Part shown: positions 26,412-36,333 of the stretch, one piece after another
Position numbering within the stretch: position 1 is the first letter of the stretch
How the letters are laid out: each line of letters begins with the position of its first letter
Origin: a virus
Reading direction: 5' to 3' (one strand)
IMG/VR virus record: IMGVR_UViG_3300047480_000598
Location: 1 to 64,000 of that record
Length of the DNA stretch: 64,000 nt
The notes under the pieces: generated by a model
What the model was told of the DNA's origin: nothing
What the model saw: the letters and a program-made list of their open reading frames with translations, nothing else
Database searches by the model: none
Made by a program: the position numbers and the translations under genes

Positions 26412-27323
26412 TTACAGCTTTGATTTCCAGATATTAATTGCTCGATCTAATCCTTCATTTAACTCAACTTTTGGCTTCCATCCTAAAATTCGTTCAGCCT
26501 TTGCAGACGACGAATTAAGAACATAAATTTCACCGACTCTAAATGGTTTTTTGTCCCAGTTAATAGTGCCTTTCCAATTTAACTTTTCTGCTATAATGTT
26601 AACTAATGTTTCGATGTTTAATGCATTAGCAGGACCTGTGCAAAAAATTTCTTTTTTTGCTAACTCCTCTTTTTTGAGCACAGTTTCGTATAAATCTAAC
26701 AAATCATCGATCCATAAAAAGTTTCTATAAGGCTTTTTGTATCCTAAATTTATTTCATTTGGATTTTTTAGCATTTGTGTTATAACTTGTTCTACTACAA
26801 AGAAGTCGTTATCTGATCTGCCATATGTATTAGTCTGTCTTAGAATACAATACGGAAAGTTATATGCTCGTCCTGCATATTCTAAATACTTTTCACATCC
26901 TACTTTAGCAACAGCGTACGGCGCATTAGGATGTTGGACGGTTTCTTCATCAAATACAGGAATTTCGCATTCTTTTCCGTCTCTAATTAAATCACTTTCC
27001 GGTTGCCATCCATATGATTCCATTGTTGAACTAAACACAAACAATTTTAGGTTCTTAAGTTGTTTAGCTGCTTCAACAATGTTAACTGTTCCTACATAAT
27101 TAACTGAACTAAAACTTGATTGTTCGTAAAAGCTCTTTTCTACTTCTGTTCTAGCTGCTAAATGTATAATATAATCTGGATCGACATATTGTAATCTAGC
27201 ATTTACTGCTGTTTCGTCTAATAAGTCTTGATCTAAGTCAAAAACTTGATATTTTCCTTCTAATCTTTCTTTTAAATTGGAACCAATAAATCCGCTTAGT
27301 CCGGTTATTAAAACTTTCTTCAT
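26412..27323 (-). CDS. NAD-dependent NDP-sugar epimerase/dehydratase (extended SDR)
   Basis: ITGLSGFIG, IIHLAA, SSTMESYG, YAVAK (YxxxK), RNFLWIDD, LGWKPK; AGGAG RBS. Confidence 0.88.
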   Translation of the reverse strand: MKKVLITGLSGFIGSNLKERLEGKYQVFDLDQDLLDETAVNARLQYVDPDYIIHLAARTEVEKSFYEQSSFSSVNYVGTVNIVEAAKQLKNLKLFVFSSTMESYGWQPESDLIRDGKECEIPVFDEETVQHPNAPYAVAKVGCEKYLEYAGRAYNFPYCILRQTNTYGRSDNDFFVVEQVITQMLKNPNEINLGYKKPYRNFLWIDDLLDLYETVLKKEELAKKEIFCTGPANALNIETLVNIIAEKLNWKGTINWDKKPFRVGEIYVLNSSSAKAERILGWKPKVELNEGLDRAINIWKSKL

Positions 27324-27332
27324 AAACTCCTC

Positions 27333-27788
27333 TTATAAGGTAGCATCTTCCATTCCAGCAACTCTTAATTTAACAATATTTGTAATTTGCCATTGCTTTT
27401 GATCAAGTGCTTTAGTAATGCCTAACCATTTGTTTCGGAGCAAGGCAAATTCGTTGACAACTTTTTCAAATTCAACAACATCTGCCTCTCCTTCAACAAA
27501 TCGATCACAATCTCGAGAACTTAAAGCTCTTTGATAATTCTCGAGATATTTTCGAAAGAACTGACTTTTTAATCGTCTAAGTTCGATATTAAGGAACTCT
27601 AATATAGCTTCGATTTCTTGCAATTGATTAAATCGATGTTCAACAATGCCGGGCATCTTAGCTGCTAATTTCTCTAAATTTCCTGATATTTGACATTCAG
27701 TCTTTGCATCAAGTAACTGATTATTATAGTATTCGATCGCATCCGGAATAAACGATATGTCTTTTGCTATATTAGAATAGTAACCCAT
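27333..27788 (-). CDS. uvsY: UvsY-like recombination mediator
   Basis: 151-aa helical protein ending KALDQKQWQITNIVKLRVAG, downstream of UvsX. Confidence 0.75.
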   Translation of the reverse strand: MGYYSNIAKDISFIPDAIEYYNNQLLDAKTECQISGNLEKLAAKMPGIVEHRFNQLQEIEAILEFLNIELRRLKSQFFRKYLENYQRALSSRDCDRFVEGEADVVEFEKVVNEFALLRNKWLGITKALDQKQWQITNIVKLRVAGMEDATL

Positions 27789-28015
27789 TAAAAATCTAAC
27801 TCCTCTTGATCTTCTTCCTGATCGTCTTCTAGATAATATGCTATAGCGTGATCTAATACTTGATCAACTCCGGTAGCATTTTGCAATGTACGGTCGTTGA
27901 CTCCTTGATCAACTAATAATTCGATATATCGTTCAGCTACTACATCAATTTGCTTTTTATCTAGATAATCAGAAAATAAAAGCCATACTTCTCCAATTTG
28001 TGTTTCATTCAACAT
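27788..28015 (-). CDS. Small acidic hypothetical protein
   Basis: 75-aa ORF coupled between uvsX and uvsY. Confidence 0.65.
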   Translation of the reverse strand: MLNETQIGEVWLLFSDYLDKKQIDVVAERYIELLVDQGVNDRTLQNATGVDQVLDHAIAYYLEDDQEEDQEELDF

Positions 28016-29060
28016 TCTCTTCTATCTCCTCGAGAGTTTCTTCCTTTTTAGGTGTGATATGGAAATTCTCCATTATCATATCTAATTTATCATCTTTCCA
28101 CTCTTTTCGGTATAAAAGGGTCTCTTCTTGAGTCAACGGGTGTACATACTTCAATCTGTTACCTTGTTGAACAAGTAATCCCATATCTTCAAACATGTCA
28201 ACTAAACCACTATAAGGATTCATACCTGTATCGTAAGGAATCTTTACTTGTACAGTCTCAAACGGCTTTGCATAACGTGTTTTCATAATCTTACATACAG
28301 CACGAATACCGTTAACACTAGTAGTCTTATTGCCGTCTTCGTCTTCCTTGAGTTTAAGTTTTTTCATAGCAACTACAATAGAACTTGCATAGATAAAACC
28401 TTGTCCTCCTGAAATTTTATCGTCTGGATCGAACATATCTTGACTTGCATAACTGTGATTAGTTGCTACAAGACCTACATTATGTGATCCGAACATGTTA
28501 ACACAATTACGAACAAGTGCAGTTAATGCCTTAGGTTTGCGACCCATATCTCCCTTTAAGTCACCTGCTTCGAACTGGTTAATATCAGTCGGAGTAAGTA
28601 ACATACCGAGCGAATCGATAACAAATAAGACTTTAGGTTTGTCCTCCATAGTCTTATATTCTTTCATAAACTCACTAATGGTTTTAGCAACATCGTCAAT
28701 CATTGCCATGTTAAGTTTAAGAAGCTTATCTTCATTTGTGTCTACACCTAGCGCATGTAACCACGACTCATCTAACGCATTTTCACTGTCGATTAGAATA
28801 CAGTAAATGCCTTGTGATTGAGCATGTTTTATAATATTACCGGAACAAATATAACTCTTACCTGCACCAGATTCTCCTGCAAAAACAGTCACTTTTCCTA
28901 ACGGAATTCCTTTATTGAAATCGTCACTAATTCGATAATTTAATGCATAGTTGCCTGTGCTAATCCAGTCAGTAGGATCGTTAAATCCTACACCTAGCCC
29001 GTCAATACTTTTTGTTAAAGTTTTTCTAAATTTTGATAGATCAAACGGCTTTGTTGCCAT
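28005..29060 (-). CDS. uvsX: UvsX/RecA-like recombinase
   Basis: WISTG, GESGAGKS, IDSENALD, FVIDSLG, GDMGRKPK, SGGQGFIYASS, KTR; AGGAGG RBS. Confidence 0.93.
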   Translation of the reverse strand: MATKPFDLSKFRKTLTKSIDGLGVGFNDPTDWISTGNYALNYRISDDFNKGIPLGKVTVFAGESGAGKSYICSGNIIKHAQSQGIYCILIDSENALDESWLHALGVDTNEDKLLKLNMAMIDDVAKTISEFMKEYKTMEDKPKVLFVIDSLGMLLTPTDINQFEAGDLKGDMGRKPKALTALVRNCVNMFGSHNVGLVATNHSYASQDMFDPDDKISGGQGFIYASSIVVAMKKLKLKEDEDGNKTTSVNGIRAVCKIMKTRYAKPFETVQVKIPYDTGMNPYSGLVDMFEDMGLLVQQGNRLKYVHPLTQEETLLYRKEWKDDKLDMIMENFHITPKKEETLEEIEENVE

Positions 29061-29074
29061 AATTCCTCCTAAGA

Positions 29075-29107
29075 TAAAAGATGTAGGGGGAAAAATCCCC
29101 CCTACAT
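29075..29107 (-). terminator. Rho-independent terminator after gp32
   Basis: Stem ATGTAGGGGG (29081-29090)/CCCCCTACAT (29098-29107), followed on the minus strand by CTTTTAT. Confidence 0.7.
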
Positions 29108-30078
29108 TAATTTTGTGTGTTACGATTACGAATCATAGCAAGAATATCTTGTGCTCTGTTATCGCCAGAAGCAGATTCGCTTGTAGGTGCTGTAGGAGTA
29201 ACCGTTTCTGTCTGCACAGGAGCCGGCTCATCATAACTATCGTCTTGAACCTTAGGAGCCGTTGTCTTAACAGGATCGCCTGTTCTCTGATTTGCTCCGG
29301 CTGGTCTAAAATGTGCTCCCCAACGTTCCATATCAAATGCATCTCCGTTTACACTTGCTTCGAACATTTGGGCCATTACCTTAAGTTCAACTTCGGTTGG
29401 CTTCTTAGGTAGGAAGTCTGAAAGATTAAACAATCCATATTGTTCAATTGCCGCAGTTTCCTTTTCATTTAATGGTCTTTCTCGACGTGACCATGATGAA
29501 GTAGAATAGTCAGCAAATCCGCCTTTGCTAGACTTCTTTAATCTAAAATCTAAACCATGTACATAGTCAGTTGGTAGATCGTCGAGTTCCGGATCTACTA
29601 ATGCGCTCTTGATTAGAGTAAAGATTTGAGGACCGATGATAAGTCTACGAATAGGATTTTCAGGTTGTTCCTGTTCATTTAATCCATCTTCAGGTACAAA
29701 TCCTTGAAAAACATAACTCTTCTTCTTCCAATACTTTCTACCTAGATCTTCTAGTGAAGGATTCTTAAACCAACCTCTTACTTCATTTAAGATTGGGCAA
29801 GATTCGTTATACATTTCCATACAAGGTACTTGTACAATAGTTTGCCTAGTATCTGTTTCTCCCTTTATTCCATGAAAAGGAAGTTTGATCATAGCACGTT
29901 CGACCCAGAAAAAAGAATTTTTATCGTTGCGATCTGGAAGGAATCTTAGCACAGATTCTCCGCCTTCTTTGAGATTCCAAAATGGATAAACTGAATTGTC
30001 TGTTGACCCGCGGTTGTTATCTGATCCGCGTGTTTCTGCCTCTTTTAATTTTGCCCTAAGTTCTGCTAGTTTGTTCAT
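29107..30078 (-). CDS. gp32: Single-stranded DNA-binding protein (T4 gp32-like)
   Basis: LRFLPD, CMEMYNESCPI, YWKKKSY, GLDFRLKK..GGFADYSTS; AAGGAG RBS. Confidence 0.88.
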   Translation of the reverse strand: MNKLAELRAKLKEAETRGSDNNRGSTDNSVYPFWNLKEGGESVLRFLPDRNDKNSFFWVERAMIKLPFHGIKGETDTRQTIVQVPCMEMYNESCPILNEVRGWFKNPSLEDLGRKYWKKKSYVFQGFVPEDGLNEQEQPENPIRRLIIGPQIFTLIKSALVDPELDDLPTDYVHGLDFRLKKSSKGGFADYSTSSWSRRERPLNEKETAAIEQYGLFNLSDFLPKKPTEVELKVMAQMFEASVNGDAFDMERWGAHFRPAGANQRTGDPVKTTAPKVQDDSYDEPAPVQTETVTPTAPTSESASGDNRAQDILAMIRNRNTQN

Positions 30079-30114
30079 ATTATTCTCCTTTTATGCCTTT
30101 AATTGTATTTGCCT

Positions 30115-30184
30115 AATTCTTAAATAAGAACAATTCTTAAATAAGAAACGCATACAACAAGATTATTGTATGCGTTTGTATTTA
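30115..30184 (-). promoter_or_regulatory. gp32 leader: late promoter, 5' hairpin and tandem palindromic repeats
   Basis: TAAATA 30179-30184 (minus); 12-bp stem AAACGCATACAA 30146-30157/TTGTATGCGTTT 30166-30177; AATTCTTAAATAAGAA at 30115 and 30132. Confidence 0.6.
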
Positions 30185-30230
30185 TATTATCAAGAATATT
30201 GATAACAAAAAGTGACCTAATATCACCAAA

Positions 30231-31088
30231 TTAATATTTAATTAAATCTTTAATTCTATTAAGTTCTGTGGATTCGTTCATTCTTGATGCAGCGTCGGTA
30301 TATATCTTTGCTCTAGCTGAATCACCTGCTCTTGTGAGTTCTGCTGCTTTTGCTAATAAATCTTGTTTTTGCTGACTCGGAGGAACAGTTGCATACGGAT
30401 TAGGCATACCTGTTGCTGCTGCCATGCTTTTGCTTAAATCTTGCTTTGCTGTACGTCCTTGTTGATAGTTTTGTGGAACTGGAGGATTTGGATCTGTTTG
30501 CCCCGGTTGTTGTCCGTACATTTGCGAATATGCTTGTCTATATGCTTGTTGAGTTTTTGGACCAAATTTTCCGTCGACTGCAATTGGATAACCCATAGAT
30601 ACAAGTTGTTGTTGAATTGCTTGTACTTCTTGAGGGCTATTATATCCGTATTGTGCACCTAAGTCTTTGAATGCAGGTTTTGCACTTGTTACAGGTTTTG
30701 TAGTTGGGGTTTTTGTTGCTGCTGTGCCTGATGCAGGAGCTTGGGTCGTTGCTTGCGCAGGTGCAGATGCCTGTGCAGTTGCTTGTGGTTTAACATCCCA
30801 ACCTGTTGTAGCAACTCCAGATGGAGAATATTGAGTTGGACTCGGTGCAGTTGCTTGTTGTGGATATGCTCGTTTGTATGCAGGATTTGTCGGATCTGAT
30901 GGCATAACATCTTGCCCTTGTCCTCTTGCGATTGCTGCATCTCTACGTCCAGATCGTGCCCATTTTTCAAGATCGTCTACTCCCTGACCGGCTTTTTGTT
31001 TAACCCACTCCCATCCAGTAGGATCTGTTGGATTATACCCCGGTTGCTCAGCTTCGACTAACTTAATATATTCATGAATTGATTTCAT
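30231..31088 (-). CDS. Peptidoglycan-binding-domain protein with CTS-like N-terminus
   Basis: EVQAIQQQLVSMGY..AVDGKFGPKTQQAY (PG_binding_1); MKSIHEYIKLVE; Ala/Thr/Pro linker; C-term MNESTELNRIKDLI. Confidence 0.75.
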   Translation of the reverse strand: MKSIHEYIKLVEAEQPGYNPTDPTGWEWVKQKAGQGVDDLEKWARSGRRDAAIARGQGQDVMPSDPTNPAYKRAYPQQATAPSPTQYSPSGVATTGWDVKPQATAQASAPAQATTQAPASGTAATKTPTTKPVTSAKPAFKDLGAQYGYNSPQEVQAIQQQLVSMGYPIAVDGKFGPKTQQAYRQAYSQMYGQQPGQTDPNPPVPQNYQQGRTAKQDLSKSMAAATGMPNPYATVPPSQQKQDLLAKAAELTRAGDSARAKIYTDAASRMNESTELNRIKDLIKY

Positions 31089-32929
31089 TTTTTAATTCCT
31101 GCTAATCTTATGATTGATTCAAACATTTCTTGTTCTACATTTGCGCTTGGATCTTTCATATCAATAAACTTTAATACTTTTGTAAGATCGTCCGAAGTAG
31201 CATTTGGGAACATACCGTCATCGAAATCTTTCTTAACTTTAATCTTTACTCGCATTCCGCCCAATGGAAAATTCTTTTCATCTCTATTATAGAAACCGGA
31301 AATATACTTTAACATTTCATGTAGTCCGGTTTCTCCTTGTGATTCTGCCATCGGAGGAGGAATAGGTTGTGCCGGTTCCGGAAGAGGAGTTGGTTCACCG
31401 CCCGGAGGAAGTGCACCTTCTGGGCTTGGCGGAAGTTCAGCTGTTGGTTCCGGCATTGGTTCTTCAGGAGTAGGCGGAAGTTCAGCTGTTGGTTCCGGCA
31501 TTGGTTCTTCTGCAGGTTCTGGAATATTATCACCACCGATCGGTTCTGGTTCTTTATTCATTACAAGTCGAGAAAATACTCCGGGATCTCTATCTAAGAT
31601 GTAGTCCTTAAGAACATCTCTAATGTCTTCATCTTGATCGAGTACTTTAACTTTTTCAATTAACTTAGGATCGTCAATGATTCCTTTTAAACTTAAAACA
31701 CCATTAAGTCCGCCAGTTAATTCTCCTGCTAATAAACTGTTTAATTCTTCGATTGCCTGATTTTGTGTGCCCGGCAACGGGCTAAACAATTCGTCTTTAT
31801 TTTCGTTAATGATATAATCCATATACGATTCAAACGTATTTTCTGGGTTGAATCCTTCATTTTTCTTTGACCCGCACTTACAAGGACGTTTTCCTGTTAC
31901 CGGACATAACTTTCCTTTTTCTTCTTCGCTTAATAAATCGTCAGCGGTAAGTTCTTTAACAGGTATATCTGACTCACCGATAAACTTGTATATGTAAGGA
32001 AAAGCTGCTTTTAATTCTTCATTGAATGTTCGAACAGTTAATCGATCAACTAGATCATTAACAATATCTTCGGGGATACTTTGTTCTTCTCTTTCTTCGA
32101 ATGATTCTGCAAATGTTTCATAAAATGCAGGTCGTTGTAATTGTTGTATTTCTTTTTTAATTTCGTCAATTCTACCAACTACGCGATCAGTCACAGCACC
32201 CATTGCTTCGGAAACCATAGGTGTGCGACCAACAAATCCTTTAAATTTACGTAGATGTGTAAGTTCTTCGCTTAATCCAGTAATATATTTCCCAATAGAA
32301 TCATAAGGATTGCCGCCGTGCTTGATATGTTCGGCTAACGCTCTTGCGCCATTAAGGTGTTTGAAAGGATATTTAAATCTTTCGCCTTCTACATTTTCAA
32401 CATAGATACTACCGATATGCATTGTTCTGCCAGCAGGTAAATCATAATTAACCGGTTGTGTATGTTTAATGATAAGACGTGCTTCGCCTAAATCTTGATA
32501 GCTAACTTTTGATGTGCCAAATAACTTACTTTCCATCATTGGGAATTCCTTACGTTTTGCTTGAAATTGATAATCTCTTTTATCTAAATTGCTTTTACCG
32601 ATGTTCTGTACGTCAAAGTTAAGTAGTCGATTCTTAGCAAATTGTCTAAATGACTTTATAAATTTGTACAAACTATGACCGATTACATTAGCATTTGCTA
32701 GTGCATCACTAATCTGTACAATAATACCGTCGTCTTCATCTAAAGTAATTGCAATAGTTCCTAATGACTCTCCGTTCTCTTCGTAATTAAACTCAAAAAA
32801 TCTTGCATTTGGAATATCTTGTTTTTTACTCAATACTTCGGCATTCTCGTCGCCGATTTTAATACTAGGAAATCTAGTTTGTATTTTGCCGTAAAGCTCT
32901 TGTGCGATTTTATCTAAATTCGAATTCAT
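31085..32929 (-). CDS. Putative head/prohead core structural protein with Pro/Glu-rich repeat
   Basis: 614 aa; TAAATA 4 nt upstream; multiple xxE-S sites; C-term FESIIRLAGIKK; next to terminase. Confidence 0.65.
   Translation of the reverse strand: MNSNLDKIAQELYGKIQTRFPSIKIGDENAEVLSKKQDIPNARFFEFNYEENGESLGTIAITLDEDDGIIVQISDALANANVIGHSLYKFIKSFRQFAKNRLLNFDVQNIGKSNLDKRDYQFQAKRKEFPMMESKLFGTSKVSYQDLGEARLIIKHTQPVNYDLPAGRTMHIGSIYVENVEGERFKYPFKHLNGARALAEHIKHGGNPYDSIGKYITGLSEELTHLRKFKGFVGRTPMVSEAMGAVTDRVVGRIDEIKKEIQQLQRPAFYETFAESFEEREEQSIPEDIVNDLVDRLTVRTFNEELKAAFPYIYKFIGESDIPVKELTADDLLSEEEKGKLCPVTGKRPCKCGSKKNEGFNPENTFESYMDYIINENKDELFSPLPGTQNQAIEELNSLLAGELTGGLNGVLSLKGIIDDPKLIEKVKVLDQDEDIRDVLKDYILDRDPGVFSRLVMNKEPEPIGGDNIPEPAEEPMPEPTAELPPTPEEPMPEPTAELPPSPEGALPPGGEPTPLPEPAQPIPPPMAESQGETGLHEMLKYISGFYNRDEKNFPLGGMRVKIKVKKDFDDGMFPNATSDDLTKVLKFIDMKDPSANVEQEMFESIIRLAGIKK
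31428..31510. repeat. 38-bp exact direct repeat (45-bp period) encoding EEPMPEPTAELPP twice
   Basis: ggcggaagttcagctgttggttccggcattggttcttc at 31428-31465 and 31473-31510. Confidence 0.9.
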
Positions 32930-32939
32930 GTTGTATTTA

Positions 32940-34535
32940 TCACATACTACTAGTTACATAGATTGGTAGAGGTGGTTCCCATTCCTCATCTAAATGCATT
33001 CCGACACTTAAAGTTTCGAACACATGAGGATCCCATTCTGCTAAAACTGCGCTCATTCTAATTACTAGTAGCAATGCAGATACTAAATCGTCGTGTTGTC
33101 CTTGTTTTGCTTTAAATGTAATACCTTGTGCAGTAAAACCTTTTAATTCGGAGATTAAAGGTTTACTGTATATTTTCATCTTATCTTCTTCGACTAAAAA
33201 TTTAAGTCTCGAACACGCAGAAATTTTGCTTGTGTATGTAGTATTAAACCCTTTTCTAAACTTTCTTACATGTCCTTTTCTACCGGGCTCGCTTAAGAAT
33301 AATCCAGGAAAAGTTTCTTCTCCTAAATCTTGTATTACAATTAACCCCGCTTCACCGACGGTATTATTTTCAATTGACCAATATATGTTAGTTGAATTTT
33401 CAGATCCTATTTCTGATTGTATATGTTTCAATACATCTCGAAATAGCTTAATTTGTCCTTGAATTGGAGTAATGTTATGCTGCCATTCTGCTACTTGATC
33501 GAAACTCGGAAGTTCAAATACTTGTATTCCGGCGTAGTCTCCTCCAGTCCCTAAACTTGGATCTAATGCAACTAAGTATAGATTTTTTGGACTCGGTTTC
33601 TTATACCATCTAACCTGCCCCATCTTTGTAATCGGGTCTTTTCCTAGCAATTCACTTAGTTTAATACTGTTGATTAATGTTTCATCATATACTAAGAATT
33701 CGCATCCATATTCACGGCGAAATCTTTCTTCGCCGATGCGACCCATTTCAGTTTTACGCCAGTCTTCGTCACGATCTGGATGTTCGTCCCATTCTGCTCT
33801 ATAGCCATAAAATCCATTAATTCCAGTTCCGTCGTCATTTTCGTTACCAAATTCGTCAAATAAATTCTGACTTTCCTTCCAAATTTGAGCAAAGGTATCT
33901 TCGTCTGAATTAGGTGTAGATGTTAGAATTGCGCGACCACCTGTTGCTAATGTAGGCGATATCGAAGTCCAAAACTCATCTGCAATATTAGGTTGTACGA
34001 ATGCAAACTCGTCGCAATATAGTAATGAAATTGACATACCTCTACCAGTATTGCCAGTCGTAGTTGCACTTACAATACGTGATCCGTTATCAAATTCCAT
34101 CGAACCTTTGTTATAACTAATAACCCCTGCTCTTAAGAAATCAGGGCATAATTCATAACCATATCGAATACGCTGCATAATTTCTTGTGCGCCTGTATAC
34201 TTGTGAGCAGCAACAAGAACCGTCTGATCTGGGTGAAACATTGCATACCAAAGTAGGTAAGCACTGGCACATGTTGTTTTTCCACTTTGACGCGGTAACA
34301 TGTTAATATTGAATCTATGATTATGATAACTTGATAATAAGCGTTCCTGATAAGGATACGGCTCGAATAGCAATTTCCCTTTTACAGCATGTTGAATGTG
34401 GAAAAAATGCTTGGCAAAATGCAAATATCCATTTTCTCTATCTGCGCATGTTAATAGATGTGTTACTTGTTCTTCTGTAAATTTTTCTTTTGAATGGGCT
34501 TTCTTTGTAAGTACCCCATCGAGTGATTTACTCAT
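32940..34535 (-). CDS. gp17: Terminase large subunit (T4 gp17-like)
   Basis: LPRQSGKTT, GRGMSISLLYCDEFAF, TSTPN, FRREYGCEF, ALDPSLGTGGDY, HDDLV. Confidence 0.95.
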   Translation of the reverse strand: MSKSLDGVLTKKAHSKEKFTEEQVTHLLTCADRENGYLHFAKHFFHIQHAVKGKLLFEPYPYQERLLSSYHNHRFNINMLPRQSGKTTCASAYLLWYAMFHPDQTVLVAAHKYTGAQEIMQRIRYGYELCPDFLRAGVISYNKGSMEFDNGSRIVSATTTGNTGRGMSISLLYCDEFAFVQPNIADEFWTSISPTLATGGRAILTSTPNSDEDTFAQIWKESQNLFDEFGNENDDGTGINGFYGYRAEWDEHPDRDEDWRKTEMGRIGEERFRREYGCEFLVYDETLINSIKLSELLGKDPITKMGQVRWYKKPSPKNLYLVALDPSLGTGGDYAGIQVFELPSFDQVAEWQHNITPIQGQIKLFRDVLKHIQSEIGSENSTNIYWSIENNTVGEAGLIVIQDLGEETFPGLFLSEPGRKGHVRKFRKGFNTTYTSKISACSRLKFLVEEDKMKIYSKPLISELKGFTAQGITFKAKQGQHDDLVSALLLVIRMSAVLAEWDPHVFETLSVGMHLDEEWEPPLPIYVTSSM

Positions 34536-34566
34536 AAAATTTCCTTTTATTGATTTTATTATTTAC

Positions 34567-34595
34567 AAAAAAAACGGGCAAAAATGCCCGTTTTT
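34567..34595 (-). terminator. Rho-independent (possibly bidirectional) terminator
   Basis: AAAAAAAACGGGCA-AAAA-TGCCCGTTTTT; TAAATA for terL immediately downstream (34560-34565, minus). Confidence 0.75.
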
Positions 34596-34624
34596 GAACT
34601 AAGTATACCAACGACAGTATTCTT

Positions 34625-35215
34625 TTACTTTCTTGTTTTAACTTCGTCGTAGTGTGAACTTAATCTACTAAGAAGTGACTCGCTTATTGATGAAATAACA
34701 GCAGCCTTCTTAATAGATGCCATAGCATTGTCGCCTTTTTGAGCCATTGGATACGCTGCTTTTTCCTTATTTAGATCGTCACCGCTAATAATATTATCAA
34801 ATTCTTGAGTGGCTGGTTCGTTTTCATATTCTTCCTCGTCCATCTCCGGTTCTTCCATTGGCTCTTCGTCAGGTTTGCTAACACCTAATGGTATTTCTTT
34901 TGGTTTATCTTGCGGATTACCTACAATGATAGAGTCTTTTTCTTTATTTGCCGACGGAAGATTGGTATCGATGTTTCGTAGAATGTCCATTAAGTCACGA
35001 ATACCGCCTGCACCCTGCCCGTTCATGTTAACACTCATGCTAACTGAATCTTGTTGCTTCGGTTGTGACGGTTGCTCTGCGGAACATTGGCCTTCCATAC
35101 CAGATCCACATTCGTTAGTTTCGGGCATAGACGGCGGAGCCATGATACCAGTTCCTTGATTCATGTCGCCTTCGTCGAGTCTTTTTAAAGTTTTATATAA
35201 ATCTAAAAAATTCAT
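34625..35215 (-). CDS. Acidic putative prohead core/scaffold-type protein
   Basis: MNFLDLYKTLKRLDE N-terminus; low-complexity acidic middle; C-term SESLLSRL. Confidence 0.6.
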   Translation of the reverse strand: MNFLDLYKTLKRLDEGDMNQGTGIMAPPSMPETNECGSGMEGQCSAEQPSQPKQQDSVSMSVNMNGQGAGGIRDLMDILRNIDTNLPSANKEKDSIIVGNPQDKPKEIPLGVSKPDEEPMEEPEMDEEEYENEPATQEFDNIISGDDLNKEKAAYPMAQKGDNAMASIKKAAVISSISESLLSRLSSHYDEVKTRK

Positions 35216-35832
35216 TATAGGTCTCCAGCTGTTGGCAACTTAACAGATTTGCTGCCAATAACACTCTGTGAACTACTTGATTTTTCTATAGCTTTAGCGG
35301 CCGGTCCTTTTTCAGATGGCGATTTTTTTGCTAAAATCTTATCGTTAACACCTTTATATTGTTCACCTTGGTGTTTAGTTTTGTTCAATTCTTTTAGTAA
35401 GTTCATTTTTTGCTTTTCACCGACTATATGTTGATTATTTTCTTTATCATAGTCAGTACCAAGCAATGCCTTACCCGATTTTGTATCAAATTGATGATTA
35501 AGTTCTTCTTCTTCTAGTTCTTTGGTGTTTCTAACCTTAACACAACAATCAGGAATTTTTAATGCTTCGGAAATTAAAACACCAATTTCTCGACTTGTGC
35601 TAGGGTAAGAGCAACATACGGTGCATGTAGTAACGCTAATGTTTTTTTGTTCTGGAAAATCTACTTGAGTTTCCTGAATAGGTGTTCGTTTTTCTTCTGA
35701 ACATGATTCAACATTAAACTTGGCTAATGCTTCTTTAATTTTGTCGGTGCAACCTTCATGGTCTCCGGCAATTTTAATCTTAAATTCGTAGGTTTTTTTG
35801 CTCTCAGTTAAGTATTCTTTAAATGATTTCAT
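35215..35832 (-). CDS. Putative head protein with CTS-like N-terminus (MKSFKEYLTE)
   Basis: Very close match to the T4 CTS; TAAATA upstream. Confidence 0.65.
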   Translation of the reverse strand: MKSFKEYLTESKKTYEFKIKIAGDHEGCTDKIKEALAKFNVESCSEEKRTPIQETQVDFPEQKNISVTTCTVCCSYPSTSREIGVLISEALKIPDCCVKVRNTKELEEEELNHQFDTKSGKALLGTDYDKENNQHIVGEKQKMNLLKELNKTKHQGEQYKGVNDKILAKKSPSEKGPAAKAIEKSSSSQSVIGSKSVKLPTAGDL

Positions 35833-35853
35833 GATAGTATCCTTATACTATAT

Positions 35854-36333
35854 TTATTTCAAATTCTTCAGTTTCTCAAGTAGGCTATTGCGATCGGCAA
35901 CAATATAACCGTCACCGGGTATACTGATTCCTTTGTCTTCACTTGAGTCTTGTTCGAGTTTTGCCTTCTTAAGTTGGAGCTCGATCATTTTAAGTTTCTT
36001 GTCAACCTTAGCAGCTTTAGCATCGATGGCATTTTTTAACATACTAGCAGCAACTTCAAATACTCTACCACTATATCGAGCCTCAACGTTCATTCCTAAG
36101 TCCATTAAGTCATCGTATGCGTTAGTTGCTCTTTGTGCAAGGTCATCAAACTCTTTATCCGAGATGTCTCCGAGACCTTTAACTTGAGGTAATGCAGCAG
36201 ATATCTTGTCAAAATCTTCAATATCTCTAAGGAAAGGTTCTACCTTCGACGGGGGATCAACTTTTGGCTCTTCTTCTTTGATGATTTCTTTGCTATCAGG
36301 TAAATTTAGTAAATCTTCGAGTTTTTTAGTCAT
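35854..36333 (-). CDS. Putative terminase small subunit
   Basis: 159-aa helical protein (LMDLGMNVEARYSGRVFEVA..ML..AIDAK, C-term DRNSLL) upstream of terL; TAAGTA 4 nt upstream. Confidence 0.5.
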   Translation of the reverse strand: MTKKLEDLLNLPDSKEIIKEEEPKVDPPSKVEPFLRDIEDFDKISAALPQVKGLGDISDKEFDDLAQRATNAYDDLMDLGMNVEARYSGRVFEVAASMLKNAIDAKAAKVDKKLKMIELQLKKAKLEQDSSEDKGISIPGDGYIVADRNSLLEKLKNLK

